A DNA stretch of 64,000 bases from NCBI GenBank assembly GCA_002269645.1, contig NIVC01002564.1:62001-126000 (forward strand), read 5' to 3'. The notes under the pieces are model-generated. The model was given only the letters and a program-made list of their open reading frames with translations, was not told where the DNA came from and did no database searches. Position numbers and translations under genes: made by a program. This document shows positions 1-21,200 of the stretch, one piece after another. Each line of letters begins with the position of its first letter. Within the stretch, counting starts at the first letter, position 1. Source of the DNA: Macrostomum lignano. Its lineage: Eukaryota.

Positions 1-189
1 ATTATCAAATTTATTAAAGATTTAACAACTTCATTAATCAAAACATTGATAGGAAGACGGATTGAAGGAAAAAATGCAAAGAAAAAGTCGATAGAAAATA
101 GTTTTACTGTCAAACATTTTGTACTTTATGTAATACAAAAGCGCACCTTCAAGCATTAACTGGCCATAAATCTCTTGTAGTCCTGGAAT

Positions 190-2150
190 CCGCATCCCCG
201 CCCTCTTCTCAGTATCATTGAATCCGCCTCTCCGCCCCCTTCTCAGCATCATTGAATCCGCCACTCCGCCCCCTTCTCAGTATCCTTGAATCCGCCTCTC
301 CGCCTTATTCTCAGTATCCTTGAATCCGCCTCTCCGCCCCTTCTCAGTATCCTTGAATCCGCCTCTCCGCCCCCTTCTCAGTATCCTTGAATCCTCTTAT
401 CCACCCCCTTCTCAGTATCCTTGAATCCGCCTTTCCGCCCCCTTCTCAGTATCATTGAATCCGCCTCTCCGCCCCCTTCTCAGCATCCTTGAATCCGCCT
501 CTCCGCCCCTTCTCAGTATCATTGAATCCGCCTTTCCGCCCCCTTCTCAGCATCCTTGAATCCACCTCTCCGCCCCTTCTCAGCATCCTTGAATCCGCCT
601 CTCCGCCCCTTCTCAGTATCATTGAATCCGCCTCTCCGCCCCCTTCTCAGCATCCTTGAATCCGCCTCTCCGCCCCCTTCTCAGCATCCTTGAATCCGCC
701 TCTCCGCCCCTTCTCAGTATCATTGAATCCGCCTCTCCGCCCCTTCTCAGTATCATTGAATCCGCCTTTCCGCCCCCTTCTCAGCATCCTTGAATCCGCC
801 TCTCCGCCCCTTCTCAGTATCATTGAATCCGCCTTTCCGCCCCCTTCTCAGCATCCTTGAATCCGCCTCTCCGCCCCTTCTCAGCATCATTGAATCCGCC
901 TCTCCGCCCCTTCTCAGTATCATTGAATCCGCCTCTCCGCCCCCTTCTCAGCATCCTTGAATCCGCCTCTCCGCCCCCTTCTCAGCATCCTTGAATCCGC
1001 CTCTCCGCCCCTTCTCAGTATCATTGAATCCGCCTCTCCGCCCCTTCTCAGTATCATTGAATCCGCCTTTCCGCCCCCTTCTCAGCATCCTTGAATCCGC
1101 CTCTCCGCCCCTTCTCAGTATCATTGAATCCGCCTTTCCGCCCCCTTCTCAGTATCATTGAATCCGCCTCTCCGCCCCCTTCTCAGCATCCTTGAATCCG
1201 CCTCTCCGCCCCTTCTCAGTATCATTGAATCCGCCTTTCCGCCCCCTTCTTAGCATCCTTGAATCCACCTCTCCGCCCCTTCTCAGCATCATTGAATCCG
1301 CCTCTCCGCCCCTTCTCAGTATCATTGAATCCGCCTCTCCGCCTCCTTCTCAGCATCCTTGAATCCGCCTCTCCGCCCCCTTCTCAGCATCCTTGAATCC
1401 GCCTCTCCGCCCCTTCTCAGTATCATTGAATCCGCCTCTCCGCCCCTTCTCAGTATCATTGAATCCGCCTTTCCGCCCCCTTCTCAGCATCCTTGAATCC
1501 GCCTCTCCGCCCCTTCTCAGTATCATTGAATCCGCCTTTCCGCCCCCTTCTCAGTATCATTGAATCCGCCTTTCCGCCCCCTTCTCAGTATCATTGAATC
1601 CGCCTTTCCGCCCCCTTCTCAGTATCATTGAATCCGCCTTTCCGCCTTATTCTCAGTATCCTTGAATCCGCCTCTCCGCCTTATTCTCAGCATCCTTGAA
1701 TCCGCCTCTCCGCCTTATTCTCAGTATCCTTGAATCCGCCTCTCCGCCTTATTCTCAGTATCCTTGAATCCGCCTCTCCGCCTTATTCTCAGTATCCTTG
1801 AATCCGCCTCTCCGCCCCCTTCTCAGTATCATTGAATCCGCCTCTCCGCCTCCTTCTCAGTATCCTTGAATCCGCCTCTCCGCCCCCTTCTCAGCATCAT
1901 TGAATCCGCCTCTCCGCCCCCTTCTCAGTATCCTTGAATCCGCCTTTCCGCCCCCTTCTCAGTATCCTTGAATCGGCCTCTCCGCCCCCTTCTCAGTATC
2001 CTTGAATCCGCCTTTCCGCCCCCTTCTCAGTATCCTTGAATCCGCCTCTCCGCCCCCTTCTCAGCATCCTTGAATCCGCCTCTCCGCCCCCTTCTCAGTA
2101 TCATTGAATCCGCCTTTCCGCCCCCTTCTCAGTATCCTTGAATCCGCCTC
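190..2150. repeat. 33-34 bp minisatellite (TTGAATCCGCCTCTCCGCCCC(C)TTCTCAG(T/C)ATC(A/C))n, ~2 kb
   Basis: Unit starts at 218 and 252 (period 34; the C-run varies). Lies just downstream of the AKAP10 stop codon. Confidence 0.97.
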
Positions 2151-2207
2151 TCTACTCCTGAATTTCAAAAGCATTGAATCTTTAAATTGAAGCTTGGCAC
2201 TGCTCAA

Positions 2208-11786
<9,579 letters not shown>

Positions 11787-11965
11787 AGAATTTCATTACA
11801 ACATGGAACCGTTCTGTAAAAAATCAGCATTAGAGTTTATGCATTTAGCTTATGTGTTAAGTCGAAGATATTCGAACTTTGGACCTACTAGGGGGTGTAA
11901 AAACTAAAAAAATAAATATTAATTCAAACAAAAAGCTGATATTTGTTCATGAGGATATTGTTAAT

Positions 11966-11971
11966 TTTATT
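11966..11971 (-). terminator. Candidate poly(A) signal AATAAA of the KDM5-like gene
   Basis: TTTATT on + at 11966-71, ~620 nt after the stop codon, followed by a U-rich tract on the sense strand. Confidence 0.6.
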
Positions 11972-12586
11972 TATCTTAATGTTAATTAGTAGATAGACGA
12001 CGGAGTACATTAAAATTGATACATTAAGATGACAATTAATAAGTATAAGCTGCAACAATAAAAAAATGAAAAAATGCACGCAACACACGAAGTTTGATAA
12101 AAATTACTACCACAAAAATATGACACTGAAATATAAATATCAATAATTAGGAACGAATAAACAGTAAGAGTGCAAGCAAACGCATAGCAACTGACATATT
12201 TGCAAAATAAACAACAGATAGCTAACTAATAATAATAATGTTAGTTACAAAGAAACTTAGCATGAAATTACATAACCATAGCAACTACAACTAAGCGTTG
12301 CAACAATGCCAAACCTTTTACAAATAAAGTACATATGTTCAGTTACCATAGACACCAAGATAACAGACTCGATGAGAGAGTCAATCTATTGAAGAGTTAA
12401 TCTTCATTGTCTATGGTCCAAAGGCTGGAACAACTGTAGAAAATGTTAATTGCGCGGCCAAATCCTCGAATTGGTTGTTGCTTCACAGACCCCTGTTGGG
12501 CCATAGACAATGAAAATCAAGTCATCAATAACTGTTCCATTGTTCCATTTAGGCTAATTCCTGGTACACGAACCATAAATTATTTC

Positions 12587-15500
12587 TCAATTCTCAGCCA
12601 ATCCAGCTGATTCCTCGTCATCGTCAGCATCTTGTTGACTAATCAGTTCCTCATGAGAATCCTCATCCGAGCCAGACTCTTCTCCATCAGGCGTAGGCAG
12701 CAGCTCTTCAATATCCTCGTTATCGAAGTCTTCTTCATCAAAGTCGCTCTGTTGAGACGCGTCGCGACTGTTAGACTGTTGCAAACAGGTGGGGCACAGG
12801 TAGGAGTCAGCCAGCTCGTCAACAGAGCGGACTCCAACGCAGATCCAATGGAACCACTGCTGGCATTGATCGCATTCCACCCAGTTCACCTGCATGAGCG
12901 ATAGATTTCTTGTTGTATTTAATAATTCTTAAAGTTGTATTTTAGGAGATCTATAGGTTTTTTAAGGATGAGATTTTGAGAATATAGGTGAGAATTTTTA
13001 GTATAATGGATTTTGAGGATTTAGATACGATTTTGAGGATGTAAGTGAGCTTTGAGGATATACATAGGATTTGGAGGATGTAGGTGGGAGTTGAGGATGT
13101 AGGTGAGATTTTGAGGATGTAGATGGAATTTTGAGGATGTAGGTGAGATTTTGAGGATGTAGGTGAGATTTTGAGGATGTAGGTGAGATTTTGAGGATGT
13201 AGGGGAGATTTTGAGGATCTAGGTGAGATTTTGAGGATCTAGGTGAGATTTTGAGGATGTAGGTGGGATTTTGAGAATGTAGGGGAGATTTTGAGGATCT
13301 AGATCGGATTTTGAGGATGTAGGGGAGAGTTGGAGAATATGGGTGAGATTTTTGAATTTATGGGGACTTTTGAGAATTTAGATGAAATTTTAAAGATATG
13401 GGGGAGATTCTGAGAATCTAGGTGAGATTTTTAAGATTTAGGTCATTTTTTTCAGGATGTAAGCGAGATTTAGTAAATCTATGTAAGATTTAAATCTAAA
13501 CGAGATAGACGGGATATTGGTATCTAGATGCGATAATGATGGCATATGAGATACTACGAGTACGAATTTGCACCTGAGTTCCAGTCGGCTGGTGACACTT
13601 CACCGCTGCGCAGTCCTCGCTCCAGCCGCCTTTTCGACGCTTCTGCTGTTGCTGCTGTTGAGGTCGGGCTTGCTGTCGCTTGGAAGCTGAGGCCGAAGAT
13701 GAAGCCACAGAAGCGGCAGCGGACGAGGCAGCATGAGATGCCGCAGGTTGAGTATAGTGCTTTCTACGCCTCTCGGCTGCCTGCAAGAAGACCGAACAGT
13801 GAATGCTTGATAGAGCCTTAGTAGCTTAGGGATTAGTAGCCTAAGGATCAGTGGCTTAGGGATTAGTAGTTTGGGTATTAGTGGCTTAGGGATCAGTAGC
13901 TTAGGGATTAGTAGCTTAGGGATAAGTAGCTTAGGGATTAGTAGCTTAGGGATTAGTAGCTTAGGGATTAGTAGCTTAGGGATTAGTAGCTTAGGGATTA
14001 GTAGCTTAGGGATTAGTAGCTTAGGGATTAGTAGCTTAGGGATTAGTAGCTTAGAGATTAGTAGCTTAGGGATTAGTAGCTTAGGGATTAGTGGCTTAGG
14101 GATTAGTAGCTTAGGGATTAGTAGCTTAGGGATTAGTAGCTTAGGGATTAGTAGCTTAGGGATTAGTACCGTAAGGATTAGTAGCTTAGGGATTAGTAGC
14201 TTAGGGATTAGTGGCTTAGGGATGAATAGCTTAGAGATTTTTAGATTACGGATTAGTAGCTTAGGGATTAGTAGCTTAGAGCTTTGTAGATTACGGATTA
14301 GTAGCTTTGCTTAGGGATTAGTAAAATAGAGATTAGTAGCTTATGGATTAGTGTCTTAGGTATTAGCAACTCAGGAATTAGTTACCCTAGAATTAGTGGC
14401 TTAGGGAATATTGGCTTCGGGATTAGTAGTTTAGGGATTTGCAGTTTATGCGAGAATTGCTGATATATCAAGGCTTATGGGACGAATTGCTGAGATGACA
14501 GAAAGTGAGGCATTAGCAGCTTAGAGCATAAAACTGTCAGACTCACCGCCTCAATAGGAGTCCGGACTTTGCGCCGACGCTTATCAGCTGGAGCGGCATC
14601 TTTGTCGGCGTCGGCTGAACCAGCCGGTCGCTTAGCAACCGACACCACAGATGAGCTACCAGGTTTGCGACCTCTTCTAGCGTGCTGCCTTTGCTGCTGC
14701 GGCTGCTGCTGCTGAGAAAGTACAAGATGTCCTTTTGTTTGTCGTTTTGCCAATTTTGACTTCGACGACGACGACGCTATAGACGTAGTAGACGCCGCCG
14801 ACGGGAGCATCACGGGGCCGAGAGCGATGGCCGACGTCGAATACGCGTCAGACATGTCGTCGCCATCGTCATCGTCAGCGGCGGAGGCAGCGGCGCCTGC
14901 GGCCGTGGAGGCGACCGCTTTAGCCGAGGACTGCACAGAGGAGGAGTCCATAGCGTCGTCACCTTCGCTGCTGCTCTCTTCGTCGTTGTCATTGTCCTCG
15001 TTGTCGCTGTCAGCTCCTCGGCCGCAGGCAATAAGACCGGCTCCTCTGTCGTCGTCGCCAAACTCATCAACGTCAGCGTCGGGCGCGCTGGCCTGCAGCA
15101 GGTGCCACAGCCAGGTGGACTCCTCCATGGAGACTTCCAATAGGTCGCCTTCGAGCATGGAGGACTCGAGTTGAGACCGGGCCGCCGGGCTCAGAGTCAG
15201 GCGAGGCCTACGGGCCGGCATTAAAGAGGTTGGCGAGGTCATGGAATCGCCGGCGCCGCTTGTCGACATTGTCGGAGGCGGCGAGATGCTCAGGCTGCTG
15301 CTGCCAGGACCAGCTGGGGCGGCAGCCGACGTAGTCGAGGCCGCCGCAGTGTTGCCACCGCCTGATTGCGACGGCCCGCGAGGAAACAGCGGCGACTTTC
15401 GCGGCTTTCTAGACGACGAAGACTGCGCCGCCGCCGCTGCAGCCGCAGCTGCCGATGCCGCCGATGACGAAGTGGCAGCGGCAGCGGCGGCGGCAGCGGC

Positions 15501-18248
15501 AGCCGCATTAGCGGCACCCCGCTCAGCCAGGGTTAGGCCGCTATTAGCGCTAATTGCAGCCACGCTAGAGGCCATAGCAGCCTCGCCACCCGAGGTAACC
15601 ATGGTGTTTAGCTGGCGCAACAGTTTATCAGGCAGCTGCAGTTTCATAGTTCTAGCCAAGCAGACTAGCGCCCGGCGCAACTCGGGACTGCTTAACAATA
15701 GGCAATGGGTCCGATCCTGCCAGGACATCGCACGCTCGGTTAGACACTGCAGAGCCACCCCGGCTAGCAGAGGACACGGTAGGCGTTGCAGAGCCAGCAG
15801 CAAACTGAGAATGGTTTCAACCCGAGGCCGCCTGCCGCGCTCGCAGGCCTGGCACAGATATTTCAGATCCCTGAGAGCGGCCCGCATTGCCGATTGGCCG
15901 GCGTTAGTCAGCGTCTTCGGCTTCAAATACTTGGGCAAAGTGACGCACTGGGCGTGGTACCAGTGCCGGCACAGTTCGCACTGCAGCATGAAGCTGTTGC
16001 TGGAATTGGAGCTGCGCTGACCGCAGATGCACGTGGATGCCAGGACTAGATCGTGGCCTTTGCGGTGTCTGTAAGTATTGCAAATCGATCATCAAATGTC
16101 AGTGATCGATACATCAAGCAACAAATCGATCATAAATATCGTGAATCTATACTGAATATCATAAATCGATACTGGATATCAGAAATCGATACTGAATATC
16201 ATAAATCGATATTGAATATCATAAATCGATATTGAATATCATAAATCGATACTGGATATCATAAATTGATACTATATATATCATAAATCGATACTGAATA
16301 TATAAATAGATACTGGAAATCAGAAATTGATACGAAATATCATAAATCGACAATGAGTATCATTAATCGACATTGGGTATTAAAAATCGATAATTCATAT
16401 CATACATCAATATTGAATATCACAAACCGATACTAAATATAAAAAGTCGTAAAAAGTAATGAACAATTTGACACAAGCATACGAAAAGGCATAAGAATAA
16501 ACTAATACTCTGACTCACCTAGCAGCCATCGCACTTTTCAGTTCTGTAGCGGCCAGCTCCTGATAGAGAGCCACCCTTTCAGCGTCGGTAATATCGTCCG
16601 AGAAACGGTCAACCGGCTCCAAAAAGTTCTGCTGCTGCTGTTGGGCCGACTGACCGCCGTTGCTGCTCTCTTCTTTGGCAGGAGCTTTCTTCGACACCGC
16701 GCCCTTCTTTGGACCGGAGCTCTGCCCGCCTTGACCGGCGTTTGGCTTCGTGTAGTCGCGTAAAAACGAGCGAGACGATCGGGGCAAAAGAACCTGTGCG
16801 TGATGAATTTTTTAGGGAAATTTTGTATGTGCATCTACAGTGGCTGGCCCAGCAACTGACACTCTGGGAGGCTGGCACAGCAACTGACACTCTGGGAGGC
16901 TGGCCCAGCAACTGAGGATCTGGGAGGCTGACACAGCAACTGACACTCTGGGAGGCTGGCCCAACACTGAGGATCTGGGAGGCTGGCCCAGCAACTGAGG
17001 ATGTGGGAGGCTGGCACAGCAACTGAGGATCTGGGAGGCTGGCTTGCTGCTTGAGGATCTGGGAGGCTGGCCCAGCAACTGAGGATCTGGGAGGCTGGCC
17101 CAGCAACTGAGGATCTGGGAGGCTGGCCCAGCAACTGAGGATCTGGGAGGCTGGCCCAGCAACTGAGGATCTGGGAGGCTGGCCCAGCAACTGAGGATCT
17201 GGGAGGCTGGCCTAGCAACTGAGGATCTGAGAGGCTGGCCTAGCAACTGAGGATCTGGGAGGCTGGCCCAGCAACTGAGGATCTGGGAGGCTGGCCTAGC
17301 AACTGAGGATCTGAGAGGCTGGCCTAACAACTGAGGATCTGGGAGGCTGGCCCAGCAACTGACACTCTGGGAGGCTGGCACAGCAACTGACACTCTGGGA
17401 GGCTGGCCCAGCAACTGAGGATGTGGGAGGCTGGCCCAGCAACTGACACTCTGGGAGGCTGGCACAGCAACTGAGGATCTGGGAGGTAAGCCTTAAGAGT
17501 TCCTAGCCTAGCAACCAAGAATCTACAAGAGTTCCCAGCCTAGCAACCAAGGATCTACAAGAGTTCCCAGCCTAGCAACCAAGAATCTACAACAGTCCCC
17601 AGCCTAGCAACTGAGGATCTACAAGAGTTCCCAGCCTAGCAACCAAGGATCTACAAGAGTTCCCAGCCTAGCAACCGAGGATCTACAAGAGTTCCCAGCC
17701 TAGCAAACAAGTATCTACAAGAGGATCTACAAGAGTTCCCAGCCTAGCAACCGAGGATCTACAAGAGTTCCCAGCCTAGCAACGAGGATCTACAAGAGTT
17801 CCCAGCCTAGCAACTGGGGATCTACAAGAGTTCCTAGCCTAGCAACCAAGGATCTACAAGAGTTCCCAGCCTAGCAACTGAGGATGTAGCACTAAAAACT
17901 CAAGCAGGCGTACCTGTATAAGCGACAGAGGAGAGTACTTCTTTAGAAAGTTCCGGGCAGTCCGATCTAGCCAGCCCTTAGCTTGGGCCACGTGATTTTC
18001 TAGCTCCGCCAGCTGCTCCAGCTTCACGCAATACTTGCGACCCTCATCTAGCAGTCGCTCCAGCGTTCCCAGAGTCGGATAGGCTACCGCGCTACCCTGC
18101 CCAGTTTCCATAGCAACCGTCTCTGACCATTGTCGAATTCGAGCTAACAGATCGGCGGCTGATTTCACCGAAGTCAAACGAAGCGGCAGTCGCTCGGCGT
18201 CGTCAACCAGTTTTTGCAGATCGTCAAGGTCCAGTAGGGAGGCCTGCA

Positions 18249-18285
<37 letters not shown>

Positions 18286-21200
18286 CGAACTAGAAGAAGA
18301 AGACTGCTGCTGCTGCTGCTGGCGCTGCATCTTTTGCAGCCGTTGACGTGTCTCCAGGCAGTTGCGTGCTCTGCGTGTACAGAGAAATGACTGGGATTTG
18401 TAAATTTTCAATTGTTAGGTAGAGACTAAGGTGTTCCAGAGTAGGGTGTTACAGGTGTTAGGAGTAGGTGTTAGACACTATGGTAAGAGACTATTTAAAA
18501 ATAAAATAATTATTATTAGATGCTTAGAGATAGCTTTATATGCTGTTTATAAGTAGCTTTAGAATTTTTTAAAATGTTAATCTCTAAGCTGTTTAAGGGT
18601 GGGTTTAGAGACTGTTTATAAGTAAGATTAAAAGATGTTCATGAGTAGGTTAATAAGCTAAAAGTGTGTTTAGGTTCACAGATGCATATGAGTAGGTTTA
18701 CAGGATGTTTATGAGTAGGTTTACAGGATGTTTGTGAGTAGGTTTACAGGTTGTTTATGAGTAGGTTTACAGGATGTTTATGAGTAGGTTTACAGGATGA
18801 TTATGAGTGGTTGTACAGTATGTTTATAAAAAGGTTTACATGATGTTTATGAGTTAGTTTACAGAATGTTTATGAGTAGGTTTACAGGATGTTTATAAGT
18901 CGGCTAACAGGATGTTTATAAGCAGGTTTACAGGGTGTTTAAAAACGGCTGCACAGGATGTTTATGAACAGGTTTCCAGACTGTTTTTGGGTAGACTAAT
19001 AGGTTAAGGGTGTGTTTATAGGCTGCTTTATGAGTAGGTTTAGAAGATGTTTATGAGTAGATTAGTTGGATAATGGTGTGTTTATAGGCTGTTTATTATC
19101 GATAGGTTAGATGAGTATAAAACCTGTGTAAAAATCAGCTGTTTATGAATACGTTTACAAGACTGTTTAGAAGGCTTTTTATTTAAAAAAGAACCCACGA
19201 GTATAATGTACCAGAATGGTTGCAAAACTACACAAAATTACAACTTACTTAGCCTCCAAATCCTGACCGGTTCTCAGCAAATTCAACAGCCCTGCCAGAG
19301 CTGCTTCTGACTTAGACGTCTGCTCTCGCAGCGATGAACCTTTGGCGCATAACTGCGACAACTCGCTTGGAAACAGCTTTCTTCTATTAGTAGAAGACTT
19401 CTTAACAGTAGATTTCTCTTCGCCATCATCTTGCTCTTTGTTATCAACTTCGAGTTCGTTTAAAATCGATTGAGCCTCGGTTAAAAACAGCTGACGCTCG
19501 TACACAGCGGCTAGCCAGGGCCAAGCGTCCATAGCAACCGGCAGTCGACTAGCCGCTTCGGTTGCTAAGGAAGCTACGATGTCAAAATCCGGTTCCACGC
19601 TAGGATCGGCTTCGAAGTTCTGCATCAGAGCCTGGCAACGGGAGCGCCAACTGTCGACCTGAGTTCGAAGACCGGCAAAACCGGATTCCTCATGGTCCGA
19701 CAGTCGACACGGCAGCCGGTCTAACCGGCGACACACGGCGACAAAGCTGGCCTCGTCGATTTTGTTGACGCATCGGCCGACCCGGCCGCCGCATCTGGGA
19801 AACCGCAGCCGTTTGCGCAGCTGGCGAACTCGAACTGTTTCGCTAGGCGACCCCTCGTCGGAGTCTTCCTGCTCCGCTTCGATTGGTTCGTCTTCTTTTT
19901 TAATAGCAACAGTAGGCGACTCTTTCTCTTCGACAATTTCTTCTTCGGCAATGTCTTCTTTAACGAAAGAAGATGATGCGGTGGCAGCAACAGTGGAGGC
20001 TGCCGCGGCAGTCAGCAGGGCGCTGACAACTTGTTGGGCTCGCCGACAGGAACGCACCCGATTGCGTAACCGAGCCAAAGGTGCGCAACTAACCGGGGAC
20101 AGGTGCAATTCGGCAACCCCGCGCCAGGCTAGCAACTCAAGCTCGGATAGTTCCGGCTTATTATCATTGTCAGACTCTTCCGAATGCCCATTGTCCGGCT
20201 TCTTAGCTATGCTAGATTTCCTACTGATAGAATCTACCGTAGATCGCCACTCATTGTACTGATCGCGTAGGGAGATTAGTTGAATTCGAGATTGACTGAG
20301 CAAATCGTTTTGCGCAACTGCGGCTTCTGTTTGTTGTTGTTGTTGCTGTTGTTCATCAGAGCTCGACTTTAGCAGAGACTGTGGATTGATCATAGATTAT
20401 ACAGTATGAGCGCAGATGCGTTCACAATACTTTCTTGTGTCTAAAACAATACTATTTGAGTCTGTAGTACAGCCTTAGAGAATATATCGGTTGAGTCTGA
20501 AGGATTAATTTTGTCCAGACAGGATTGGTTGTGTACAGAGATGAGTCATTGTGTTAAGAGAAGACTGGTTGTGTCCAGTATAATTGGTTGTGTCCAGAGA
20601 TAATTAGTTGTGTCCAGATATAATTAGTTGTGTCCAGAGAAGATTAGTTGTGTCCAGAGATAATTAGTTGTGTCCAGAGAAGATTAGTTGTGTCCAGAGA
20701 TAATTAGTTCTGTCCAAAGAAAATTAGTTGTGTCCAGAGATAATTAGTTGTGTCCAGATATAATTAGTTGTGTCCAGAGATAATTAGTTGTGTTTAGAGA
20801 TAATTAGTTGTGTCCAGATATAATTAGTTGTGTCCAGAGAAGATTAGTTGTGTCCAGAGATAATTAGTTGTGTCCAGAGATAATTAGTTGTGTCCAGAGA
20901 TAATTAGTTGTGTCCAGAGATAATTAGTTGTGTCCAGAGATAATTAGTTGTGTCCAGATATAATTAGTTGTGTCCAGATATAATTAGTTGTGTCCAGATA
21001 TAATTAGTTGTGTCCAGAGAAGATTAGTTGTGTCCAGAGATAATTAGTTCTGTCCAAAGAAAATTAGTTGTGTCCAGAGAAAATTAGTTGTGTCCAGAGA
21101 TAATTAGTTGTGTCCAGAGATAATTAGTTGTGTCCAGAGATAATTAGTTGTGTCCAGAGATAATTAGTTGTGTCCAGAGATAATTAGTTGTGTCCAGAGA

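Noticed and set aside
20395-20445. YCERICAH as a remnant C5HC2 exon
   Set aside because: It is followed at once by TAA, and the phase-0 acceptor at 20441 gives a stop after 16 codons; not convincing.
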